A stretch of DNA of 40,403 bases, from contig JBJDZF010000378.1 in assembly GCA_051867855.1 (NCBI GenBank), forward strand, positions 1 through 40,403, in the 5' to 3' direction. Under the pieces are notes generated by a model that was not told where the DNA came from, searched no databases, and was given only the letters and a program-made list of their open reading frames with translations. How positions within the stretch are numbered: position 1 is the stretch's first letter; each line of letters starts with the position of its first letter. A program made the translations under genes and the position numbers. Below are positions 16,207 to 22,348 of the stretch, one piece after another. The stretch comes from Eubacteriales bacterium (GTDB lineage Bacteria; Bacillota; Clostridia; Oscillospirales; CAG-272).

Positions 16207-16515
16207 TCAAACATCAAACAGTTTCGGAAACAACCGCTTCGCTTCTTGGAAGTCAATCGGTATATCAGCGAAATCGTCTCCGGACACACCGCAAATAATG
16301 ATCGTCCCGACTAAATCAACACCGCATACCATACAGTTGTGCGGTTTTCCTTTTATTCTTCCTTCCTCGTCACATATGATAACGAGGTCAGATGAAATTG
16401 TAACCGTTTAAATATACCCACCGACCGTTCTCTGCAGATTTATCCAAGTGCTCGAAATATTCGTGCAGTACGGTTTCTTCCCAGGCTCTTTGATAATCAC
16501 TTTGATCTTATACAT
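16207..16515 (-). pseudogene. DUF3846-like gene interrupted by one in-frame TAA
   Basis: ATG 16515 (GAGAGGTG SD): MYKIKVIIKEPGKKPYCTNISSTWINLQRTVGGYI, then TAA (16408-16410), then TVTISSDLVIICDEEGRIKGKPHN...FPKLFDV with stop at 16207. The stop sits where the family has the Glu of GGYIE (GAA to TAA is one substitution). Confidence 0.6.
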
Positions 16516-16539
16516 GTCGCACCTCTCGCAATCTTTGAT

Positions 16540-17433
16540 TCATAATTCCTCCATCATCTCTTCCGTTTCTTCGAGCGTAAGTTGATACGGGTCGTCACCG
16601 ATCCAACACTTGTACATGAATTCCGCGCTCGTATAGATTCCGGTGCAGTTTTTCCCGTCTCTTCGCCTTTTATCGATCATTTTTCCGAATGCTCGGATAT
16701 ATGCCCGCTTGTATGTATGATATTTTTCCAATTCCTGCTTCCTTTTATTATGCATCGGACACCCGATGCATCCGATCCGTCTGCATCCATATCGATACAG
16801 AGGATTGGATTCACATCCGTAATGCCGCAGGAACGTCCAGACGTCATTTTCCGTCCAGTCAACGATTGGATTTATCATTACATTATTAGTTCGATAACAT
16901 GATTCAACAAAACGCCTTGCTTCATCATTGTCCTGATTCATGATGATTCCGCCTTTTTTGTTGATCCTGTAATCAATTCCGTTGTCCTGCAACGCTTTTT
17001 CCGTTGTTTTTGGACGTCCGAGTATTTTCACATAATCGTTGTTGTCTCGTCTATTAACGCTTTCTTCCCATCTGACGCCGACTATTTTCTTTCGTCCTTT
17101 TCCTTCTTTTTCTTTGAGTTCCGAGCAGCAGTATCTTGAAATTCTCGTCGGCGGATATCCTTTTTGCACAATCAGCTCCCACATTGTGTGTGCCGGCTTA
17201 TCGATGATTACACTCGGTATGCTTTTAACATACCGCACGGTTTCCGGCGCATCTACCGTAGTTAAACTATGATGGATTTCGTGGTTCACTCCTGCGAGCT
17301 GCGCTAATATCCGGATGCAGTCACTGTCCTTCCCTCCGGAATAACAGAGAAAATACGGCTCATCTTTTGGTTCAAACTTCTGCAGATACGAGATCGCGCG
17401 CTTTTCTTTTTCAACATTCATATTTATTCCCAT
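16540..17433 (-). CDS. PAPS reductase / ATP-pyrophosphatase-family protein (phage IbrA/DndC-like class)
   Basis: 297 aa. PP-loop YSGGKDS, RYCCSELKE motif, C-terminal Cys cluster CRRIGCIGCP. Confidence 0.8.
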   Translation of the reverse strand: MGINMNVEKEKRAISYLQKFEPKDEPYFLCYSGGKDSDCIRILAQLAGVNHEIHHSLTTVDAPETVRYVKSIPSVIIDKPAHTMWELIVQKGYPPTRISRYCCSELKEKEGKGRKKIVGVRWEESVNRRDNNDYVKILGRPKTTEKALQDNGIDYRINKKGGIIMNQDNDEARRFVESCYRTNNVMINPIVDWTENDVWTFLRHYGCESNPLYRYGCRRIGCIGCPMHNKRKQELEKYHTYKRAYIRAFGKMIDKRRRDGKNCTGIYTSAEFMYKCWIGDDPYQLTLEETEEMMEEL

Positions 17434-17451
17434 CTAATCGAATCGCTTAAT

Positions 17452-18153
17452 TCATATAATTTCTTTAAGCTTTTTAATCGTGCTTCCACCATAATCGTTT
17501 TCAGTAAGAGCAATAAATTCTTCAACAGTAAAACAGTCTTCCATTTCTATTCCATGATTCTTCATAAAATTATTTCTCCCCATCTCGCAGGATCCGGTGA
17601 GATAGTGATGCCATTCGTAAAATTCAGAACACGGATATTTCCGACCTTTCTTAAATTTTTCGCAGAATCTCTCTATAGCTTCGTCTTCATCCATATTTTC
17701 CATGATCTTTTCGCGAAGCGCTTCTGCCGCTTTTTCGGCGGTTTCTCCATGCGCGAAAAATCCATCACCTTTCGCGACGTAGCAAGGTACAAGTGTAAAA
17801 TCAGATTGCAATATGTACCCTTTTGCGAGATTCCCATGAATGGATCTGATTACAGTTTGAATATGGTCTATGACCAAAACATAATATCCGTTAAAAAACG
17901 ATATTCCGTAGGAGGATCTTGATCCGCCGCCGTAGCCTCCGCCGGATTCGTTTCCGCCGGATTCGTTTCCGACGCCGTAGCCTCCGCCGGATTCGTTTCC
18001 GCCGCCGTAGCCTCCGCCGGATTCGTTTCCGCCGCCGTAGCCTCCGCCGGATTCGTTTCCGCCGCCGTAGCCGTAGCCGGCGCCGTAGCCGTAGCCGGAG
18101 CCGGAGCCGGAGCAATTATCCGCAATCCATTCAAGGATTTTTACTTTTTCCAT
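17452..18153 (-). CDS. Gly/Tyr-rich repeat protein with a globular C-terminal domain
   Basis: 233 aa. N-terminal SGSGSGYGYGAGYGYGGGNESGGGYGGGNES... repeats, then FNGYYVLVIDHIQT...AKGYIL..DFTLVPCYVAKGDGFFAHGET. Confidence 0.7.
   Translation of the reverse strand: MEKVKILEWIADNCSGSGSGYGYGAGYGYGGGNESGGGYGGGNESGGGYGGGNESGGGYGVGNESGGNESGGGYGGGSRSSYGISFFNGYYVLVIDHIQTVIRSIHGNLAKGYILQSDFTLVPCYVAKGDGFFAHGETAEKAAEALREKIMENMDEDEAIERFCEKFKKGRKYPCSEFYEWHHYLTGSCEMGRNNFMKNHGIEMEDCFTVEEFIALTENDYGGSTIKKLKEII
17926..18110. repeat. 30-bp tandem coding repeat (plus degenerate GTAGCC/GGAGCC tail)
   Basis: gccgccgtagcctccgccggattcgtttcc at 17926-17955, a 15-bp half unit, then units at 17971-18000, 18001-18030 and 18031-18060 (the last two identical). 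Confidence 0.9.
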
Positions 18154-18428
18154 ACCGGAACACCCTCTATATTTTCAATGGCATCATCCGTACACGGAAT
18201 TATTTCGATCACATCCGTTATGATGATATCCGGAACCGAAACCGTAAATTTGCACCTATCAGGTGTCTTTACACCTTCAAGCGCAATCTGCGATATACTT
18301 GCAGCACCTTCCCAATACCACAGGCGGCGGCAATCCCGCAGCCTGACTTCCGTTCCGTTTTTTTCTAAAATCGTTCCAAAAAAAACGCCTGAATTTGTTC
18401 CCCTGATTATTACTTTCTTTCCGATCAT
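18141..18428 (-). CDS. Conserved phage hypothetical protein (95 aa)
   Basis: GVFFGTILEKNGTEVRLRDCRRLWYWEGAASISQIALEGVKTPDRCKF pattern recurs in Firmicutes phage early regions. Confidence 0.65.
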   Translation of the reverse strand: MIGKKVIIRGTNSGVFFGTILEKNGTEVRLRDCRRLWYWEGAASISQIALEGVKTPDRCKFTVSVPDIIITDVIEIIPCTDDAIENIEGVPVWKK

Positions 18429-18462
18429 GATTCTGTTTTCCTTTCTTTTTTTGAAATCCGCC

Positions 18463-18491
18463 TTTACTTTTTTTGATTTACGTGATATAAT
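18463..18491 (+). promoter_or_regulatory. Plus-strand promoter inside the minus-strand early operon
   Basis: TTTACT (18463-18468), 17 nt, TGaTATAAT (18483-18491). Confidence 0.5.
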
Positions 18492-18497
18492 ATATAT

Positions 18498-18570
18498 CGA
18501 ACAGATTCATAACGCCCATCATGTTTCTGTCCTTGAAGCCGATGCACCGCCGCATCGGCTTTTATTTTTG
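18498..18570 (+). ncRNA. Candidate ~70-nt plus-strand RNA (ends approximate)
   Basis: Promoter 18463-18491 and terminator 18536-18570 lie on the same strand about 45 nt apart. Sits in a 133-nt gap of the minus operon and overlaps the 3' end of the 67-aa ORF. Confidence 0.3.
18536..18570 (+). terminator. Plus-strand intrinsic terminator
   Basis: AAGCCGATGC-accgcc-GCATCGGCTT (10-bp perfect stem) followed by TTATTTTTG. No U-tract in the minus orientation. Confidence 0.6.
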
Positions 18571-18765
18571 ATCACGGATCATCTTCTGACGCAGAAGACA
18601 TCCCCTTGACCCGCTGCACGTTTCTTTCGTGCAGGAAAGACACACATATACATCATCTTTGTCCGTATCGTGTATTTCCCTCTCATCCGATCGGCTTCCG
18701 CACGGATTGTCTCTTACATGCACGGATCCGAACAGTCCGTACTCGCGTATCTGCCCGAGCTTCAT
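18562..18765 (-). CDS. Small Cys-rich protein (67 aa)
   Basis: ATGA coupling to the upstream ORF. CLSCTKETCSGSRGC cluster. Confidence 0.45.
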   Translation of the reverse strand: MKLGQIREYGLFGSVHVRDNPCGSRSDEREIHDTDKDDVYVCLSCTKETCSGSRGCLLRQKMIRDQK

Positions 18766-19154
18766 TTCCCATCACCCCCATGCATAACCCCGGACAATCC
18801 GCCGATCACCGCATATGAAGCCGGCACCCGGATCACATAATCCCCGGCTATGTTTTCCGCGGTTTCGAAATTGACATCCCCGGAAAATACAGCCTCCGCG
18901 AGCCGCTCAAACGGCTCTTTTTTGATAACCGCGTAATCCGCACGCGCCCGATCCAGAAGATACAGGATCACTGCCCGAAGCTCCGCGTTTTCGCGCCGCT
19001 CGTTTTCGATTGCCAGATCGCACGCGCGCCGTATATCCGCGATTGCCTTGTCCCTTGTTTCGGTTTCGTGCGCCAGTGCTCTGCGCATCCGCTCCGCATC
19101 ACGCCGAAGCACATTGATTGTCCGCTGCATTTCCGGAATTACTTTGTTTTCCAT
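18762..19154 (-). CDS. Hypothetical coiled-coil protein (130 aa)
   Basis: GGGGA SD 6 nt before ATG 19154. Overlaps the upstream ORF by 56 nt. Confidence 0.55.
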   Translation of the reverse strand: MENKVIPEMQRTINVLRRDAERMRRALAHETETRDKAIADIRRACDLAIENERRENAELRAVILYLLDRARADYAVIKKEPFERLAEAVFSGDVNFETAENIAGDYVIRVPASYAVIGGLSGVMHGGDGK

Positions 19155-19530
19155 TTCTTTTCCCCAATCTGTATATGTTTTCGTTATAGATTTCCCGCAT
19201 CATATTCGCGCACCTTCTTGCGTCCTGATAGGTGAAGCCGTCGAAATGATCCGTTGTTTTCGGAAGCACGATGCAGTCCCCGTATACGGAAACTCCGGCA
19301 TAATACGATGCGGCTCCGTTCCTGTATCGCCCCTCATCCATTGCGTTTGTTGCGTACACGTAGAAAAAACCGTCTGACGACCGTACAACGCTGATTTTCC
19401 CGCCTGCGTTCCCGCACAGAATTTCCCGCATGGCGCTCTTAATATCCCCTTCCAGATGCACGGTATCAAATCGATCCGTAACCCGGATATAAACGCCCTC
19501 TCTGTGAAGCAGTTCCGTTTCAGTTTCCAT
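19099..19530 (-). CDS. Hypothetical protein (143 aa)
   Basis: Start moved to ATG 19530 (AAGGAGA SD 9 nt upstream). Confidence 0.55.
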   Translation of the reverse strand: METETELLHREGVYIRVTDRFDTVHLEGDIKSAMREILCGNAGGKISVVRSSDGFFYVYATNAMDEGRYRNGAASYYAGVSVYGDCIVLPKTTDHFDGFTYQDARRCANMMREIYNENIYRLGKRNGKQSNSGNAADNQCASA

Positions 19531-19786
19531 CTGCTCGTTTCTCCTTGAATCTTTCAATGTATTCTGTCTCGTGCATCAGGTTTTCCGGCCGCGTCTCCGT
19601 CGTTGACGAACCTTTTTCGTTGATCACGGTACAGTAGAAATACCTGTCACCATAGCATTTCGGTTCCCCTCCCGGAACATAGCCGAGCTTCCGTTTCACG
19701 CCTACCGAAATAACCTTGACGCGCTCGTGTCCGTTCCGCACGGTTTCGCCCGTATCAAGGCAGATGAGCGCCTGCCCGTAATTCAT
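19520..19786 (-). CDS. Hypothetical protein (88 aa)
   Basis: Start moved to ATG 19786, giving an ATGA overlap with the upstream stop (19783). Confidence 0.6.
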   Translation of the reverse strand: MNYGQALICLDTGETVRNGHERVKVISVGVKRKLGYVPGGEPKCYGDRYFYCTVINEKGSSTTETRPENLMHETEYIERFKEKRADGN

Positions 19787-20040
19787 GATCCAACTCCGCC
19801 TCCTCTGTTTTTCGAAATGCGTATGATCTCGCGCCGGATCGCTTCCTTTTCGATGTGATACCAGATCGCCGCTTCGATGCTTTCCGCGTTTCCCATAACA
19901 TGACGCAGCATGGCGCACGCGTTGTCATATGCCATAATTAGCGCTGCCGGGTCTCTCTCCTCTCGCCTGATTTCGTTCTGCCGCACGCGGATGATCTGAT
20001 CGAGCATATCGCGTATCACGGCTTTGCTTTCCGTTTCCAT
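19783..20040 (-). CDS. Hypothetical protein (85 aa)
   Basis: AAGGAGA SD 7 nt before ATG 20040. Confidence 0.6.
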   Translation of the reverse strand: METESKAVIRDMLDQIIRVRQNEIRREERDPAALIMAYDNACAMLRHVMGNAESIEAAIWYHIEKEAIRREIIRISKNRGGGVGS

Positions 20041-20381
20041 GTTTCATTCTCCTTTTTTCCCACAAGTCCCATATTGCGCATCATGACGACGCGCTTTGAT
20101 ACCGCGTTAGGCGTCCTTCCGATTTCATACGCAATGTCCTTGACGTTTGTTCCGCCTCGGTAAAGCTCGATGACCCGTGTGTCCTCTTCCTGGCTCCACA
20201 TAGGATACAGTCTGTCTCCGTTTGATTTCTTTCTATATTTCGGTGTCCTGGTCCCGATTCCGATAATCCGGCAGATTTCGCATTCATCGGTATCATTGAG
20301 CTGTGCCAGAATCTTGATCTGCTGCTTCTTACTCTTTGCGGTATCGTATGATTGACGGATTTCGTATTCGCTCATCCACAT
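20016..20381 (-). CDS. Myb/SANT-like DNA-binding protein
   Basis: Start at 20381 or 20375, just after the upstream stop. WSQEEDTRVIELYRGGTNVKDIAYEIGRTPNAVSKRV fits the W..EED...L.....G..W..IA...GRT...V..R Myb-type repeat. Confidence 0.55.
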   Translation of the reverse strand: MWMSEYEIRQSYDTAKSKKQQIKILAQLNDTDECEICRIIGIGTRTPKYRKKSNGDRLYPMWSQEEDTRVIELYRGGTNVKDIAYEIGRTPNAVSKRVVMMRNMGLVGKKENETWKRKAKP

Positions 20382-20382
20382 A

Positions 20383-20604
20383 TCAGAGGAACACCTTACG
20401 CGGATTTTCAACGTCCAGAAGATCGCAGATTCCGAATACCTCATGCAGCTTGAACGGATAATACCCGTGCATCTTCAGCGAAAGGGTTGACCGCGGAATG
20501 CCCAGATGTTCCGCCGCTTCCGTGAAGCTGATCTTCTTTTTCTTCATCAGTGTCTCGACAATGCACTGATCCGGATAATTCGGTTTCTTATACGTGTTTT
20601 TCAT
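20383..20604 (-). CDS. Cro-like small HTH regulator
   Basis: Start at ATG 20604 (AAGAGG SD). KKISFTEAAEHLGIPRSTLSLKMHG helix-turn-helix. Second gene of the leftward early operon. Confidence 0.7.
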   Translation of the reverse strand: MKNTYKKPNYPDQCIVETLMKKKKISFTEAAEHLGIPRSTLSLKMHGYYPFKLHEVFGICDLLDVENPRKVFL

Positions 20605-20631
20605 GCCCATACCTCTTTTAATTAAGTTTTT

Positions 20632-20784
20632 CCGCGCCCGCGCGGAGACGGCGACAGTTTCCGGTTCCATGCGCGGCATGTCGTCCGCTCCGGACTTATC
20701 GCCCTCTCTCCGAGGATTCCGCTATGGGAAACCTTTGAAAGGATATCGAGGCGTCTTGTTTTCACCGCCTCCGCGCGGGCACGG
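20632..20784. repeat. 22-bp GC-rich inverted repeat pair flanking a ~110-bp leader segment
   Basis: ccgcgcccgcgcggagacggcg (20632-20653) versus the reverse complement of 20763-20784 (ccgtgcccgcgcggaggcggtg): 19 of 22 identical. Both contain the 10-mer TCCGCGCGGG, also present at 12335-12344. Confidence 0.7.
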
Positions 20785-20791
20785 ATTCGTT

Positions 20792-20956
20792 TCAGTTTTT
20801 CGAATCGGAATCCGCTTCCGTCTTTTTCAACTTTCCTCCGTCAAGCAGACCGTTTCCGTAAGTCAGAAGCAGAATCCGCTGTACATCAGTCATTTGCATA
20901 ACAGATGTAATGATGCTTGTAATGATTTCTGTTTCGCTTTTTTCAAGTACTTTCAT
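20792..20956 (-). CDS. Hypothetical 54-aa protein, first ORF of the leftward early operon (below the track cutoff)
   Basis: Own translation MKVLEKSETEIITSIITSVMQMTDVQRILLLTYGNGLLDGGKLKKTEADSDSKN. GGCGGTGA SD. Confidence 0.45.
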   Translation of the reverse strand: MKVLEKSETEIITSIITSVMQMTDVQRILLLTYGNGLLDGGKLKKTEADSDSKN

Positions 20957-21002
20957 TGTTTCACCGCCTTTTTATTTTTCGTTATAATCATTCATAATTT
21001 TG

Positions 21003-21031
21003 TTGACACACTGTTTTTTGCGTGCTATAAT
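21003..21031 (+). promoter_or_regulatory. Perfect consensus promoter P2
   Basis: TTGACA (21003-21008), 17 nt, TGcTATAAT (21023-21031). Confidence 0.85.
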
Positions 21032-21049
21032 AAATTATGGGTGATAATT

Positions 21050-21493
21050 ATGAAAACCAAAATTTTTGTTTGCATTTTGATTTTTGTTGGAATTTGTACA
21101 TTTGCTGTTATTGCGCCAAACTATAAAGATGTACAGAATACTGGTGCTGTTGTTTCTGTTGATTCAAAACCGATTGCAATAAATCATGAAACCGAAGAAA
21201 ATCATGATTCCGAATTGCAGTTGGTTTCTATTACAGATCCGATATCTCCCGGAAAAGTTGCTGCTTTGATATTAAAAGGGAAACCGAATACGGATTATTA
21301 CCTTGTTGTGATCTATCAAAAAGAATCAAAGGCAAGTGGTCTCGGATTGGCCACATCAGATAGCACCGGTATGGTTAAATGGTATTGGAAGGTTGGAACA
21401 AGAACATATACAGGTGAAAAAGATATAAAGGTTTACTATGGTAATAGCAAAAAAGGAAAACCAATTTTCGAAATGAAATTCACTGTAAAATGA
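21050..21493 (+). CDS. Secreted or membrane-anchored small protein (147 aa), moron-like
   Basis: The real start is the internal Met at 21050, downstream of P2. The 299-aa track ORF spans the promoter. MKTKIFVCILIFVGICTFAVIAP signal/anchor, beta-rich C-terminal domain. AT-rich. Confidence 0.7.
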   Translation: MKTKIFVCILIFVGICTFAVIAPNYKDVQNTGAVVSVDSKPIAINHETEENHDSELQLVSITDPISPGKVAALILKGKPNTDYYLVVIYQKESKASGLGLATSDSTGMVKWYWKVGTRTYTGEKDIKVYYGNSKKGKPIFEMKFTVK

Positions 21494-21551
21494 TTTCAAG
21501 TTTAGTTTTGCAAGCACATTTTACGAATTTCTTATGTACTTGTTCGTACTA

Positions 21552-21580
21552 ATTATATCACATTAATTGTACTATGTCAA
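21552..21580 (-). promoter_or_regulatory. Perfect consensus leftward promoter, back-to-back with the repressor promoter
   Basis: Minus strand reads TTGACA (21575-21580), 17 nt, TGaTATAAT (21552-21560). Confidence 0.8.
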
Positions 21581-21625
21581 CCACTTTTATAAATTTATTT
21601 TTTATTTTTTGTACTCACAATTCCA

Positions 21626-21654
21626 TTGACAGCCGAAGATTTTTATGATATAAT
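21626..21654 (+). promoter_or_regulatory. Perfect consensus promoter P3 of the XRE repressor gene
   Basis: TTGACA (21626-21631), 17 nt, TGaTATAAT (21646-21654). Confidence 0.85.
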
Positions 21655-21680
21655 ATGTTTTGAAGTAAGGAGGTGGTTAT

Positions 21681-22076
21681 ATGGGCATCGAAGAAAGGAT
21701 CAAGAAAGTTCGTAAAGATAACGGATTGAATCAAACTGAATTCGGGAAGTCTCTCGGGGTAAGCAGAAATGTCATCAAAACATACGAGCTTTCTCTTGTC
21801 AAGCCGTCTGAAATTTTCATCGATCATCTTTGCGTTGTATACGGTATAAATCCGGAATGGCTCGAAACCGGACAAGGAAGCATGCACGCCGATATATCGC
21901 GCGAAGAACAGATTGCGCGATTCGTAGGAGAAGCGATGAAGGAGGAAGGATCGTTCAAACATGCATTGATAACCCTTTTATCCGAGCTGGATGAAGACGG
22001 ATGGAAGAAGCTGGACGAGGCCGCACATGCTCTGCTCGATGCGCAGGAGCAGATCAGGAAAAGCAGCGATCCTTAA
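21681..22076 (+). CDS. XRE-family (CI-like) repressor, no peptidase domain
   Basis: 131 aa. IKKVRKDNGLNQTEFGKSLGVSRNVIKTYE...GINPEWLETGQG is a canonical HTH_3 with the WL.TG tail. AAGGAGG SD. Confidence 0.85.
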   Translation: MGIEERIKKVRKDNGLNQTEFGKSLGVSRNVIKTYELSLVKPSEIFIDHLCVVYGINPEWLETGQGSMHADISREEQIARFVGEAMKEEGSFKHALITLLSELDEDGWKKLDEAAHALLDAQEQIRKSSDP

Positions 22077-22089
22077 TTCTTCCGAAGGC

Positions 22090-22134
22090 AAAAAAAAAGA
22101 AACGATGGAATAAAAACCATCGTTTCTTTTTTTG
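22090..22134. terminator. Strong bidirectional terminator
   Basis: 12-bp perfect stem AAGAAACGATGG/CCATCGTTTCTT (22097-22108 / 22117-22128), with an A-run before and a T-run after. Confidence 0.8.
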
Positions 22135-22142
22135 TCATTTCT

Positions 22143-22274
22143 CTATTGCCATGCTTTCAGAATCGTATGAATCCGAACAATCTCTGTATAGCTTGATCTT
22201 CGGATCATGTCCATGATTTCAATCAGCATCTGCAATCGTTTCATTTCTTCCCCCTCATTCTTTTTTCCGCCCAT
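22143..22274 (-). CDS. 43-aa peptide with its own perfect promoter (below the track cutoff)
   Basis: AGGAGGA SD 7 nt before ATG 22274. Own translation MGGKKNEGEEMKRLQMLIEIMDMIRRSSYTEIVRIHTILKAWQ, stop TAG 22143-22145. Confidence 0.6.
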   Translation of the reverse strand: MGGKKNEGEEMKRLQMLIEIMDMIRRSSYTEIVRIHTILKAWQ

Positions 22275-22319
22275 CTGTTTTTCCTCCTATGTTTAAGAAC
22301 GTTTGTTCTTTTTTCTAAT

Positions 22320-22348
22320 ATTATACCATAGGAAAACGGTTTTGTCAA
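22320..22348 (-). promoter_or_regulatory. Perfect consensus promoter P4
   Basis: Minus strand reads TTGACA (22343-22348), 17 nt, TGgTATAAT (22320-22328). The -35 overlaps the stop of the upstream ORF. Confidence 0.85.

Noticed and set aside
16408-16410. In-frame TAA as evidence of genome-wide stop-codon reassignment.
   Set aside because: TAA, TAG and TGA all terminate well-delimited genes here (for example TAA at 2318 and 10828, TAG at 22143). A 2452-codon ORF and all other large genes read normally in the standard code.
17868-18368. Arg-rich and Ala/Thr/Pro-rich repeat ORFs (RRRLRRRKRI..., ATAAETNPAE...).
   Set aside because: They are alternative frames or strands of the 30-bp Gly/Tyr coding repeat. 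Only the GGGYGGGNES frame continues into a globular domain with a proper start.
20594-21049. N-terminal 152 residues of the 299-aa track ORF.
   Set aside because: The region contains a perfect promoter (21003-31) and the oppositely oriented 54-aa early ORF. A signal peptide begins at the internal Met 21050.
22143-22274. 43-aa peptide as an arbitrium AimP-like communication peptide.
   Set aside because: There is no signal peptide, no AimR-like TPR receptor gene and no AimX-like locus. The N-terminus is charged rather than hydrophobic.
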